Shown here in pieces: positions 10,410 through 21,439 of a stretch of 64,000 bases of DNA; the first letter of the stretch is position 1, and each line of letters starts with the position of its first letter. The translations under genes were made by a program, and so were the position numbers. The DNA is taken from assembly GCA_965237675.1 (NCBI GenBank), contig OZ250150.1:3776001-3840000 (forward strand), given 5' to 3'. The notes under the pieces are model-generated. The model was not told the DNA's origin. It made no database searches and saw only the letters and a program-made list of their open reading frames with translations. Source of the stretch: Candidatus Latescibacterota bacterium. GTDB lineage: Bacteria; Latescibacterota; UBA2968; GCA-2709665.

Positions 10410-12505
10410 CGTCCCCGGGGGAGTCAATGCCCGTAGATCTGCTGCTAATCCCTTTGCTGCCGCTTGCGGCCTTTGTCGTACAGACCTTCGTGGGACGGCG
10501 CCTGCCGCGTGGGGGCGATTGGGTACCCCTGGCGGCTATTGCCATTGCGTTTCTCCTTTCTCTCCGGTATTTCATCCAGGCGCTTTCGGCGTACGATCCG
10601 GGCTGGCGCCTCGAGCTCGATACGTGGGTCTGGCTGGATTTGAGCGCCGCGAAGATTACCGTTGGCCTGCTGGTCGACAATATAACTGCCGTCATGTTGA
10701 TGGTTGTAACGGTGGTGAGTGGGCTGGTGCACCTGTATTCGGTAGGTTATATGCACGGAGATCCGCGTTATTCCAGGTTTTTCGGGTTTCTGGCGATTTT
10801 TTCGTTTTCGATGCTGGGTCTGGTTCTGGTTGACAACTTCCTGCTGCTTTACGTGTTCTGGGAACTCGTAGGGCTCTCTTCCTATCTGCTGATCGGATTC
10901 TGGTACGAAAAACCGTCGGCGGCAGCGGCATGTAAGAAAGCATTTCTGGTGAACCGTGTGGGCGACCTCGGCTTTTTCATAGGTATTATGATCGTGTTCT
11001 GGAAGGTCGGCGCTTTCGACTTCGCAAGTGTTTACGACGGGGTAGCCAGCGGGCGGCTCAGCGGGGGACTGCTGACGGTTGCGGGCCTGTGTCTGTTCTG
11101 CGGCGCGGTGGGCAAGTCGGCGCAGTTTCCACTGCATGTGTGGCTGCCCGACGCCATGGAAGGTCCGACGCCCGTCAGCGCGCTGATCCACGCCGCCACC
11201 ATGGTTGCGGCCGGTGTGTATATGGTAACGAGGATGTTCCCGATCCTGACGCCCGACGCGTTGTTGGTGATCGCTTACATTGGCGGGATCACGGCAATTC
11301 TGGGTGCAACCATCGCCGTGGCCCAGTACGACATCAAGCGCGTTCTGGCTTATTCGACCATCAGCCAGCTGGGATATATGATGATGGGGTTGGGCGTAGG
11401 CGCATATGTTGCGGGGTTCTTTCACCTGATGACGCACGCGGCTTTCAAGGCATGCCTCTTCCTTGGGTCGGGCAGTGTGATCCACGCTGTTCAGCATGCG
11501 TTCCACCGGACACACAACGACAACGATCCGCAGGACATGCGAAATATGGGCGGCCTCCGGGCGAAAATGCCGTTGACGTTCTGGACGTTTCTTATTGCGA
11601 CCGTAGCCCTGGCTGGCGTACCGTTTACCTCCGGATTTCTCAGCAAAGACGCAATTCTGGCCGGGGCGCTGGGTTTTGGAGGCTTCTCCCGTCCGGCCCA
11701 TTTCCTGCTGCCCCTGTTCGGATTTGCCGCTGCCGGACTAACCGCCTTTTATATGTTCCGGTTGATCTTTCTCACGTTTTATGGAAAGCCGAGGGACAAG
11801 GCCCTGGTCGAAAACGCCCACGAGTCCCCCCGTGTGATGACCGTTCCGCTGATTGTGCTGGCGGTGCTGAGTATCTGGATCTTCTATACCTGGAATCCGC
11901 TGGGCGGCGAGGGCTGGTTTCACCATCTCGTCAAGCTGCCTGAAGCGGGGCTGCTCGCGGCCAACGGCGAAGCGTTGCCGAATGGAACCGAGGTTGAGGT
12001 TAGTGCGGCCGGTTCGAATAACGACGCCGCGCACGCGGCGCACTACCCGGCGATGATCCTGTCTTTACTGGTTGCCGGCGCGGGCATCTATACGGCCTAT
12101 CGTCTTTACTACAATCGGCGGGAGGAAATGATCGCGTTGGAGGAGGCATCGCTTCAGTCGGGTGGGTTCTTCCGCACGTTGAACCGGAAGTGGTATTTCG
12201 ACGAAATATACGAAGCCAGTTTTGTCCGCGCCGTAGTGGTCGGGCGAACGGCGTTGAACTGGTTCGACGCTCACATTGTGGACGGTCTCGTGAATCTGTC
12301 GGCCACGGTGACGCGGGGTATTTCTTTCATCGATCGATTGTTTGATGAATGGGTGGTCGATGGGCTCGTGAACGCCGTTGCAGGGGTGATCGGGTGGGCC
12401 GGCGCGGGGCTGAGACGCATTCAGACGGGCCGCCTTCAGACCTATGTTGTTCTGGTGATGGCGGGCATCCTGGTTCTGATGGTGATCCGATTGATGGTTG
12501 CCTGA
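10406..12505 (+). CDS. nuoL: NADH-quinone oxidoreductase subunit L
   Basis: YSVGYMHGD, WELVGLSSYLLIGF, KSAQFPLHVWLPDAMEGPTPVSALIHAATMV. Alternative start ATG 10427. Confidence 0.96.
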   Translation: MTSPGESMPVDLLLIPLLPLAAFVVQTFVGRRLPRGGDWVPLAAIAIAFLLSLRYFIQALSAYDPGWRLELDTWVWLDLSAAKITVGLLVDNITAVMLMVVTVVSGLVHLYSVGYMHGDPRYSRFFGFLAIFSFSMLGLVLVDNFLLLYVFWELVGLSSYLLIGFWYEKPSAAAACKKAFLVNRVGDLGFFIGIMIVFWKVGAFDFASVYDGVASGRLSGGLLTVAGLCLFCGAVGKSAQFPLHVWLPDAMEGPTPVSALIHAATMVAAGVYMVTRMFPILTPDALLVIAYIGGITAILGATIAVAQYDIKRVLAYSTISQLGYMMMGLGVGAYVAGFFHLMTHAAFKACLFLGSGSVIHAVQHAFHRTHNDNDPQDMRNMGGLRAKMPLTFWTFLIATVALAGVPFTSGFLSKDAILAGALGFGGFSRPAHFLLPLFGFAAAGLTAFYMFRLIFLTFYGKPRDKALVENAHESPRVMTVPLIVLAVLSIWIFYTWNPLGGEGWFHHLVKLPEAGLLAANGEALPNGTEVEVSAAGSNNDAAHAAHYPAMILSLLVAGAGIYTAYRLYYNRREEMIALEEASLQSGGFFRTLNRKWYFDEIYEASFVRAVVVGRTALNWFDAHIVDGLVNLSATVTRGISFIDRLFDEWVVDGLVNAVAGVIGWAGAGLRRIQTGRLQTYVVLVMAGILVLMVIRLMVA

Positions 12506-12802
12506 AATCCCTGAATTGATTCGATGGGTATTACAGGTTTTTCCATTTCGAGGGTTTCGGAATGCGCGGTGCCGTCGGTAAACACGGAGAGAATGCGGAA
12601 ATCGGCATGTCCCCGATCGAGAATCCTGACGTCGCCCGAGGCGAAACGCCTACCACGACCCGGCGCGTGAGACGGTTCGAAACGCGCCCACCTCGCTGCG
12701 CCGCATCCCGGCCGCGAACAGGAGTCCGGCAATTGGGACAAGGCGGACCGGTCTGCCGTCCGTCATTTGCGTTGCGACATTGTTGAGGGAGGTAGCCGAC
12801 AG

Positions 12803-14380
12803 ATGGCTCAATGGATTCTAACGTTTTTAACGTTTATTCCAGTTCTGGGTGCGGTGGTGATTCTGCTGATGCCGGGCAGGGCGGTCGATGCGATCCGCAG
12901 GGTTGCGCTGGCTGCAACCGGTCTCTGCCTTCTGCTGGCGATCTGGTTGTTTCAGGATTTCAATCGGTCCGTGCCCGATATGCAATACGAAGTGCGGCTA
13001 CCCTGGATCGAGTCGTTCAACATCCACTATTATATGGGCATAGACGGCCTGAGCGTTTCGATGGTCCTGTTGACGGCGCTGCTGGGTTTCCTGTGCGTTC
13101 CCGCCTCCTGGTCCATCAACCGTGGCGTGAAGGGATATTTCGCACTGTTTCTGCTGCTTGAGACCGGCATGCAGGGTGTGTTCGTGTCCCTTGATTTCTT
13201 TCTGTTCTACGTGTTCTGGGAAGTGATGCTGTTGCCGATGTATTTCCTGATCGGGATCTGGGGAGGTCCTCGAAAGGAGTATGCCGCCATTAAGTTCTTC
13301 CTGTTTACATTGGCGGGGAGCGTATTGTTATTGCTGGCGATGTTGGCGCTTTACTTCAATGTAACCGATCCGGATACGGGGAAACATACGTTCAATATGC
13401 TGGTGATGATGGACCAGGCCAACCACTCCGATTGGCTGCGGGCCGGGATGATTTTCGGTTACTCGGCTCCAGTAATGATCTGGTTTGCCATGTTTATCGG
13501 TTTCGCCATAAAGGTGCCCCTGTTTCCATTCCACACCTGGCTTCCCGACGCGCATGTCGAAGCGCCTACGGCCATCAGTGTGATTCTGGCCGGCGTGCTG
13601 CTTAAAATGGGCACTTACGGTATTTTGAGGTTCAATTACCCTATGTTGCCCGACGTGACACGCGATTTCAGCTATTTTCTGGCCGTGATCGGGGTCATTA
13701 ACATCATCTATGGCGCACTTGTTGCAATGGCGCAGACCGATTTGAAGAAATTGGTGGCGTACTCCAGTATCAGTCATATGGGTTTTGTGATGCTTGGCAT
13801 GTCGTCGTTTACGCCCCACGGAATCAACGGGGCGGTATTTCAGATGTTCAACCACGGCACCATCACGGCGATGTTGTTTCTTCTGGTGGGCGTCATTTAC
13901 GACCGAGCCCACCACCGGTATATTGTCTATCCCAATGATTACGAAGATCCGGATTTGCGTGGAAAACTGGGATTTGGCGGATTATGGTCGCACATGCCGG
14001 TATACGGCAGTCTGACGATGGTGGCTTATTTTGCCGCATTGGGGTTGCCGGGGCTTTCAGGGTTTATCAGCGAAGCGCTATGTTTCCTGGGTGCCTTCCA
14101 GGTCCATCGCACGATGACAATCCTGGGCACGTTGGGGGTGCTTCTGGGTGCGGCATACATGCTCTGGGCCTTTCAGCGTCTGTTCATGGGGCCGTTTAAC
14201 GAAAGGTGGCGGGACCTGCCCGAGATTAACGGTCGCGAGATCTTCTGCCTGGCGCCGCTGGCGGTCATTGTCATCGTTCTGGGCATTTATCCCGCGCCCG
14301 TGCTGGACCTGCTGGCGCAGTCTCTCGGAGAACTCGTAAAGGATCTTAACGGGCCGGTTATGTCCGCGTTACAGCGATAA
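12803..14380 (+). CDS. nuoM: NADH-quinone oxidoreductase subunit M
   Basis: GIDGLS, FWEVMLLPMY, FPFHTWLPDAHVEAPT, LKMGTYG, AYSSISHMG. GGAGG RBS before ATG 12803. Confidence 0.96.
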   Translation: MAQWILTFLTFIPVLGAVVILLMPGRAVDAIRRVALAATGLCLLLAIWLFQDFNRSVPDMQYEVRLPWIESFNIHYYMGIDGLSVSMVLLTALLGFLCVPASWSINRGVKGYFALFLLLETGMQGVFVSLDFFLFYVFWEVMLLPMYFLIGIWGGPRKEYAAIKFFLFTLAGSVLLLLAMLALYFNVTDPDTGKHTFNMLVMMDQANHSDWLRAGMIFGYSAPVMIWFAMFIGFAIKVPLFPFHTWLPDAHVEAPTAISVILAGVLLKMGTYGILRFNYPMLPDVTRDFSYFLAVIGVINIIYGALVAMAQTDLKKLVAYSSISHMGFVMLGMSSFTPHGINGAVFQMFNHGTITAMLFLLVGVIYDRAHHRYIVYPNDYEDPDLRGKLGFGGLWSHMPVYGSLTMVAYFAALGLPGLSGFISEALCFLGAFQVHRTMTILGTLGVLLGAAYMLWAFQRLFMGPFNERWRDLPEINGREIFCLAPLAVIVIVLGIYPAPVLDLLAQSLGELVKDLNGPVMSALQR

Positions 14381-14454
14381 ACGCGAGATAGACAGTCCGA
14401 TTCTGCCGGGCTTCAACGCGATTCGGGCCCATCACCGATGGGAGGAACGACCTT

Positions 14455-15984
14455 TTGGCCGAGGCCATTGGAAACGCGGTCGCAGTGAATCTTGACAGCC
14501 TGCAATATGTCTGGCCGGAGATCATCATCACGGCTGCAATTTTAGGTATTGTGACCGTCGATTTGATCCTGACCGGAAAGAAGAAGGCATTGTTGACGGG
14601 CATCTCGCTTCTGGTGCTTGTGGCATGCCTGTTTTCGATCGCCGGATTGTACGATGAGCCGCCCAGGTCGTTGTTCATGGGCATGATCGCCTTGGATGGT
14701 TTTGCCCTGTTCTTCAAACTTCTGATTGTGATCGCAACCCTCGTGGTCACCCTGTTCGGTTTGCAGTCGCGGGACATCGACGCGGACCGCATCGGTGAAT
14801 TCTACGCGCTCTTTCTTTCGGTCGCATTGGGCGGCTTTTTGATGGCGGGCGCGACGAATTTGTTGATGATGTACCTTGCGCTTGAACTGGTCAGCCTGCC
14901 GTCCTTTGTGCTTGCGGGCTATCAAAAACGGGTCCGGCGATCCAACGAGGCTGCGCTGAAATATGTGGTATACGGCGGGGTGTCTTCCGGCATCATGCTG
15001 TATGGATTTTCCTTGATCTACGGATTGACGGGGACGCTGGACATCTACGGGATTGCGGCCCGCCTGGGGACCACCGCGCCGTACGAAATGACGTTGTTTC
15101 TTGGTGCGACGCTCGCGATGGCAGGCTTTGGCTACAAGGTGGCTTCGGTTCCATTTCATTTCTGGTGTCCTGACGTCTACGAGGGTGCGCCTACACCCGT
15201 GACGGCGTTCTTATCGGTCGCACCCAAGGCGGTCGGTTTCGCCATGCTGGCGCGGTTCTTCTATGTGGGCTTATCCGCCTACGATGGCACTTCGGGTACG
15301 GGTACCACGTTGGGTGTGGCGTGGCCGCAGTTGCTTGCCCTCATTTCGGCCTTTACGATGACGCTGGGCAATCTGACGGCCATCTGGCAGCGCAATCTGA
15401 AAAGGCTGCTGGCGTACTCCAGCATTGCCCACGCGGGATATATGATGATGGGCGTGGTGATGTTGTCGGCAGCGGGATTGAAAGCGGTGATGTTTTATAC
15501 GGGCGCGTATTTGTTTATGAATCTGGGTGCCTTTCTGGTTGTTTTGCTGCTGGCCGAGCGGATCGACAGTGAGGATATTAAAGATTACAGGGGTCTGGGG
15601 TGGCGGTCGCCATGGATTGCGTTGGCGATGTCTGCGTTTCTCTTTTCACTCACTGGATTGCCGCCCACGGCCGGGTTTGTAGGAAAGGTGTATCTGTTTG
15701 CCGCCGTGGTCGATGGTGGGCTCTACTGGTTGGCGGTGGTGGGTGCGTTGAACAGTGCCGTTTCTTTGTATTATTATGCAAGGGTCGTTCGGGCCATGTA
15801 CATGGAGAAGCCGCATTCCGAAACAAGGATCGTCATTCCCCCGTTCGCCACCGCCACCCTGGCGGTGTTGTTTGCCGGCACGGTGCTGTTTGGCGTCTAT
15901 TGGGCACCGCTGGCCGATTTGGCCGAAACGTCTACCGCGATCTTTTTAAACGGAAATGGAGCAGTTCAGGCGTTGATGCGGTAA
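14455..15984 (+). CDS. nuoN: NADH-quinone oxidoreductase subunit N
   Basis: EAALKY, PFHFWCPDVYEGAPTP, KRLLAYSSIAHAGY, GLPPTAGF. TTG start after GGGAGG. Confidence 0.96.
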   Translation: MAEAIGNAVAVNLDSLQYVWPEIIITAAILGIVTVDLILTGKKKALLTGISLLVLVACLFSIAGLYDEPPRSLFMGMIALDGFALFFKLLIVIATLVVTLFGLQSRDIDADRIGEFYALFLSVALGGFLMAGATNLLMMYLALELVSLPSFVLAGYQKRVRRSNEAALKYVVYGGVSSGIMLYGFSLIYGLTGTLDIYGIAARLGTTAPYEMTLFLGATLAMAGFGYKVASVPFHFWCPDVYEGAPTPVTAFLSVAPKAVGFAMLARFFYVGLSAYDGTSGTGTTLGVAWPQLLALISAFTMTLGNLTAIWQRNLKRLLAYSSIAHAGYMMMGVVMLSAAGLKAVMFYTGAYLFMNLGAFLVVLLLAERIDSEDIKDYRGLGWRSPWIALAMSAFLFSLTGLPPTAGFVGKVYLFAAVVDGGLYWLAVVGALNSAVSLYYYARVVRAMYMEKPHSETRIVIPPFATATLAVLFAGTVLFGVYWAPLADLAETSTAIFLNGNGAVQALMR

Positions 15985-16069
15985 ACGCAAGTACGGATCT
16001 GGCGGAAGGTACCAAATTGCGCAGATTGCGTGAGACTCGATACGGAAAGGTTGTTTCAGGGTAGACATT

Positions 16070-16106
16070 AAGAAGGCCCCGCGGTGTTGCATCGCGGGGC
16101 CTTCTT
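16070..16106. terminator. Probable bidirectional terminator between nuoN and the PqqD-like gene
   Basis: AAGAAGGCCCCGCG-9 nt-CGCGGGGCCTTCTT, a 14-bp perfect inverted repeat between convergent genes. Confidence 0.8.
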
Positions 16107-16129
16107 CGGTTGGGACGCGGACTCGGTAC

Positions 16130-16555
16130 TTATCCCCAGGCTTTCCCGCTGGCACTTCTTTTCCTCTTGCGCAGATCGCTTTTCTCGACGAGAAATCCGA
16201 GCAGATTTTTGCGGCCCAGCGTTCTAAGGTAGCTCAATAGGGAGATTTCAGCTTCCTTTGCGTTAAGTTTGTGGGATTCGCACAGGCATTTTATCATGGC
16301 AGCAACCGTTGTACGCCCGTCGCACATCCCCCAAACCTGAGAACCAATCTCATCCAGTACCAGCGTTCGTTTCTCGGGCACCCAGAAGATTTTGGAAAGT
16401 ATTTTCACTTTGGTGGTGTCCGCACGTTTCAGCGTGATGGTCACTTCGTCGTCTTTGTTCGTTTTCCATTCCAACTGGTTGTTCCGTGTCGGTTTGGAAT
16501 TGAACATCGCTTCCCGGCTGATTTTGGGCTGCCGTTTTAGTGAAAACAAGGACAT
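16130..16555 (-). CDS. PqqD-family / RRE-like winged-helix protein
   Basis: LVLDEIGSQVWGMCDGRTTVAAMI...LLSYLRTLGRKNLL matches the PqqD-type pattern LxxxGxxVWxxCDGxxTVxxI. Confidence 0.75.
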   Translation of the reverse strand: MSLFSLKRQPKISREAMFNSKPTRNNQLEWKTNKDDEVTITLKRADTTKVKILSKIFWVPEKRTLVLDEIGSQVWGMCDGRTTVAAMIKCLCESHKLNAKEAEISLLSYLRTLGRKNLLGFLVEKSDLRKRKRSASGKAWG

Positions 16556-16594
16556 GACGCTTCCTGCGGTGTGAGGGAACGGACGGACCGACCG

Positions 16595-17563
16595 TCAGGC
16601 TTGCGGGCTATCCTGGACGGACTCGTCGTGGCAGACGACGGCGTTGCGGGCATGTTCAATGTCCGGAGCATCCTTCTGCCTTTTGTAGTAGGTGTGAACT
16701 GCATATATCTTGTTGACGTCCCTACAGGTCCAGACGCGGGCTTCCATATTCAGGCGCGGTCTCACATTCCAGAATGGTAACGGCATCAACAACCCTCGCC
16801 AGCGGCTTTTGGGTTTTCCGATGACGGCGAGACCCCGATGGTCTCCGAGGCTTGTTTCCTGGGAGTCCAAATAGACATGCCGCAGGTTCTTTCGGAAGAA
16901 TTCCTGGTACCAGTCCAGAAGGGTGCGCTTTTTGAGGAGCACTTCAGCAAGGCTCAGCCGGTCTACCTGAAGGATACTCTGGCCACTCTGAAAACTTAGC
17001 CGAAGGTGTCCGGATTTGAGGTCGTAGGATTCCAAAGAGAAACGGGGAGGCGATGAACACACGAGATCGTAGAGCGCCCACGTCCGGTGACCGTCCGGTG
17101 CTGTATCCCGTATTGAGTTGAGAATTCGCCTGATATTCTCCCCGGGGTCCTCGTTCCGTTCCGACCTGATTCTGACGAAAATAAGCCTGTCAGAGGACTT
17201 GCTGTAGAATGCCAGCGCGTGGATCCGGTATTCGGCTTGCCAAGCGAAAAAGACTGGCGAGCAGACATCGGGCAGTTCAAGCCAGCCGGCGTCGTGAGTG
17301 CGTTCGACGTGGATACTTTTCTTTTCCTTGCGGGCGCTTTGGGTGAGCCCATCGACATATCGGTCCACAATCGGTGCGACCCGCTTGTCGCCGCGGGCAT
17401 CTTTCCACTCGATCTCCAGCCTGGCGAGTGTGGAATCGTCCAGACGGACGCTGCCGGCTTTGGAATCGCCGGTTATCTTGCCAGGATTCCATTCTAAGGG
17501 CACTTCGAGGGTCAGCCCGTGCCATCCAAAAAGAGTCCAGTCCGAATAACGCAACGATTTCAC
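16595..17563 (-). CDS. Hypothetical protein with two similar alpha/beta modules
   Basis: Long ORF co-oriented with the PqqD-like gene. The halves open similarly (WTLFGWHGLTLEVP..W and WALYDLVCSSP..F). Start taken as GTG 17563 because the ORF-track TTG at 17635 coincides with a -35 box. Confidence 0.7.
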   Translation of the reverse strand: MKSLRYSDWTLFGWHGLTLEVPLEWNPGKITGDSKAGSVRLDDSTLARLEIEWKDARGDKRVAPIVDRYVDGLTQSARKEKKSIHVERTHDAGWLELPDVCSPVFFAWQAEYRIHALAFYSKSSDRLIFVRIRSERNEDPGENIRRILNSIRDTAPDGHRTWALYDLVCSSPPRFSLESYDLKSGHLRLSFQSGQSILQVDRLSLAEVLLKKRTLLDWYQEFFRKNLRHVYLDSQETSLGDHRGLAVIGKPKSRWRGLLMPLPFWNVRPRLNMEARVWTCRDVNKIYAVHTYYKRQKDAPDIEHARNAVVCHDESVQDSPQA

Positions 17564-17607
17564 GCGACGCCACCCTCTACCGAAGAGTACGATACTCCGA
17601 ATGGCTA

Positions 17608-17635
17608 AATATACGGAACCCGGCGCACCTGTCAA
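17608..17635 (-). promoter_or_regulatory. Putative promoter of the hypothetical/PqqD-like pair
   Basis: Minus strand TTGACA-16 nt-TATATT. Confidence 0.55.
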
Positions 17636-17791
17636 GCACTTTGTGTTTCAACTAAGTGTAGGTTTTGCAGTGAGTTGTAATAGGTCTTCGCGGACAGACG
17701 GCCAGCGTATCCATTCTGGCGGAGTTTTGCATCGAATGGCGTGCCGGACTCCGTTCCGGTGCGCCATTTTTCTCATCCTTCAAAACAGGTG

Positions 17792-17820
17792 TTGACGAAT
17801 GAACTAATGTTCACTATATT
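17792..17820 (+). promoter_or_regulatory. lexA promoter with an embedded SOS box
   Basis: TTGACG-17 nt-TATATT. The spacer holds TGAACTAATGTTCA (GAAC-N4-GTTC at 17801-17812). Confidence 0.8.
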
Positions 17821-17918
17821 CAAATGAGCACGTGCTGACGTTCGTGGCCAGTATCCCATCGAGCGGGGCTGGTTCGTTTGAGTACTTCGGAAGACATCGG
17901 TTATCGAGGAGTGGCGCG

Positions 17919-18548
17919 ATGCGTCAGAAACTAACGGACAGACAGAGAGACATTTACGAATTTATCGCCCGGACGATCCGAGATGGGGGCGCTCCTCCAA
18001 CAATTCGGGAGACGATGGAGGCCTTTAATATCGCATCCACCAACGGAGTGCGGACCACCCTGGCCGCCCTTGAGAAAAAGGGTTATATCCGGCGACGTCC
18101 CATGGTGTCCCGAGGTATCGAACTTACGGACTACGTGGAACGCGATCTGCCCGGAGTATCCGAGTCGCGAGAGGTGCCGGTTATCGGACGTGTGGCTGCC
18201 GGGGAGCCCATCCTGGCGACTGAGAATGTCGAGAGTACCGTGGCTGTGGATCGTTCCTTTTTGCCGTCGGAGGACGTTTTTATTCTCCGGGTAAAGGGTG
18301 AGAGCATGCGCGATGCCGGCATTCTCGACGGAGATTATGTTATGGCGCGGCAGCAGGAAACGGCGAGTCCGGGCGAAATTGTGGTGGCGGTGATCGGGGA
18401 GGAGGCGACCGTGAAGCGATATTTTCCGGAGGCGGGTCGGGTAAGGCTCACACCAGAGAATGAAGCGTTTGAGACCATCGTGGTGCATCCGGACCGGGAC
18501 GAGTTTCGCATCGCAGGCAAAATTGTGGGATTGATGCGTCGATTCTGA
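17919..18548 (+). CDS. lexA: SOS repressor LexA
   Basis: LTDRQRDIYEFI, PPTIRE, LEKKGYI, cleavage site GRVAAG, catalytic GESM and TVKR. ATG 17919 after GAGGAG. Confidence 0.96.
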   Translation: MRQKLTDRQRDIYEFIARTIRDGGAPPTIRETMEAFNIASTNGVRTTLAALEKKGYIRRRPMVSRGIELTDYVERDLPGVSESREVPVIGRVAAGEPILATENVESTVAVDRSFLPSEDVFILRVKGESMRDAGILDGDYVMARQQETASPGEIVVAVIGEEATVKRYFPEAGRVRLTPENEAFETIVVHPDRDEFRIAGKIVGLMRRF

Positions 18549-18725
18549 GAATTGCTCAAGGGTCAATCGATTCCGCCCTCGTTGGATTTCGAGGGCGTTT
18601 TCTGTTGCAGTACGGTCAATCCACGGTGCCGGAGGAAATCCTCCCCGGATGCCTCCGTTTCTTCACTGGGACATATTCGACGAAGACAACCACGAATTAT
18701 CGTGTATGGTTTTCGGTGTTTTGTC

Positions 18726-19847
18726 TTAAACGGCAGGGGCCAGTTTCCGAATAAAGCGTTTGCCGGGTAGCTGTTCCGCATAGCCGGCCAGTTCCAGACA
18801 AAGCAGCACTGAAAGCGCGTTGGCGGCAGGCATATCGGTACGGTCGGCAATGGTATCGATGTGGGCCGGCACGTCCGCCGAGAGACACTCAAAGATTTGA
18901 CGTTCCGATTTCGAGAGTTCTGAGGGCTCCGGCGCCGGGTGCTGGCGGGTATGTGGTGCCCGCAGTTGTGTCAAGTGTGGACGAAGTTCATCCAGAATGT
19001 CCTCGACGGATTGTACCAGCACGGCGCCCTGCCGGATCAGTTGGTTTGTGCCTCTGCTTCGGCCCGAATGGACCGGGCCGGGAACGGCGAATACTTCCCG
19101 GTTCTGTTCCAGGGCCAGCCGAGCCGTAATCAACGCCCCGCTGCGGTCTCCGGCTTCGATAACCACCACGCCCAGGCTGAGTCCGCTGATGATTCTGTTG
19201 CGGCGGGGAAAATTGTGTGCTTCTGCGGATGCGCCCATCGGAAATTCGGACAGGGTGGCGCCAGCCTCGCTGATGGTGTGGAAAAGGTCTCGGTTTTGAG
19301 GAGGATACGGCCTGTCCAACCCGCTACCGAGGACGGCAACGGTATATCCTCGTTCGGCCAGAGCTCCCCGGTGGGCGTGGGTATCGATTCCGGTGGCCAT
19401 GCCACTGACCACGGTGATGCCCCTCCGAACCAATTCTCCCGACAGCTGGTAGGCGATTTTTCGACCGTACGAAGTGAAGGTTCGGGAGCCGACTATTGCA
19501 ACGGCGGGATGTGCACACGCCGCGATGTCACCGCGTACATACAGAATGGGCGGTGGGTCATAGGTCTGTCTCAGATATCCCGGATAATCGGGGCTCTTCA
19601 GACTCAGCAAGTGAACGCCTGCGTCCTGTGCGCGTCGCAGTTGTTCCTCTGCCCAGGCCGGGTCGCTTGTCTTTTGGATGGCGCGTGCAATTTCAGGTCC
19701 GATGCCTGGCACGGCGCACAGATGGGCGCGGGGCGCCCCCAAGACAGATCCCGGACTGTGGAAATGACGTATGAGTGCGCCAAACGCAACCGGTCCCAGA
19801 CCGGAGACCGAATGAAGTGTCAACCAGTCGAGCATATCGTTGGCCAT
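18726..19847 (-). CDS. dprA: DNA-processing protein DprA
   Basis: DPPPILYVRG, VAIVGSR, VVSGMATGIDT, FPRRNRIISGLS, SGALITA, REVFAVPG, C-terminal winged helix. Confidence 0.96.
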   Translation of the reverse strand: MANDMLDWLTLHSVSGLGPVAFGALIRHFHSPGSVLGAPRAHLCAVPGIGPEIARAIQKTSDPAWAEEQLRRAQDAGVHLLSLKSPDYPGYLRQTYDPPPILYVRGDIAACAHPAVAIVGSRTFTSYGRKIAYQLSGELVRRGITVVSGMATGIDTHAHRGALAERGYTVAVLGSGLDRPYPPQNRDLFHTISEAGATLSEFPMGASAEAHNFPRRNRIISGLSLGVVVIEAGDRSGALITARLALEQNREVFAVPGPVHSGRSRGTNQLIRQGAVLVQSVEDILDELRPHLTQLRAPHTRQHPAPEPSELSKSERQIFECLSADVPAHIDTIADRTDMPAANALSVLLCLELAGYAEQLPGKRFIRKLAPAV

Positions 19848-20091
19848 CGAAGAAAAAAACGGATGTGGTTCACCCGTATGTACCCACGTTGTGTGTGATG
19901 TAGCTCAGGTTTGGCTATCAGGTATGCAAAAAAAGTACCAGCGAAGAAAGCCAGCTATTGCAGGGCGGAAGACCCGGGCGGGATGAAAGAGGCTTTCAAG
20001 AGTCGTAGCGGGAATGAAAGGAAGATGCAGGAACAACCGGTGAATGGATACGGTTTTGCGGATTGCTATGTTCTCCGTTCGCATCCGTATT

Positions 20092-21183
<1,092 letters not shown>

Positions 21184-21439
21184 CTAAGTAGGCGTGAGCC
21201 CTCCGGATCGCCCGTTGCCGTGCGTTGTTGGCCTGTCGGTTTCCGGGTTTCGGATTGCTGATGGTATCTCGCATCGGAAGGGTTCGTTCAATTGGAATAC
21301 GACGATTTGCGCTTTCAATCGGATCTCGCGCTGGTTTGTGGATAAACGAAACGACTTCAGCCTGTGGACAAACGGTCTCTTCCAGGTTGAGCAGGGCTAC
21401 GAAGTCGCCGGTCACGATTCCGTTTGTTGAATGGAGCTG

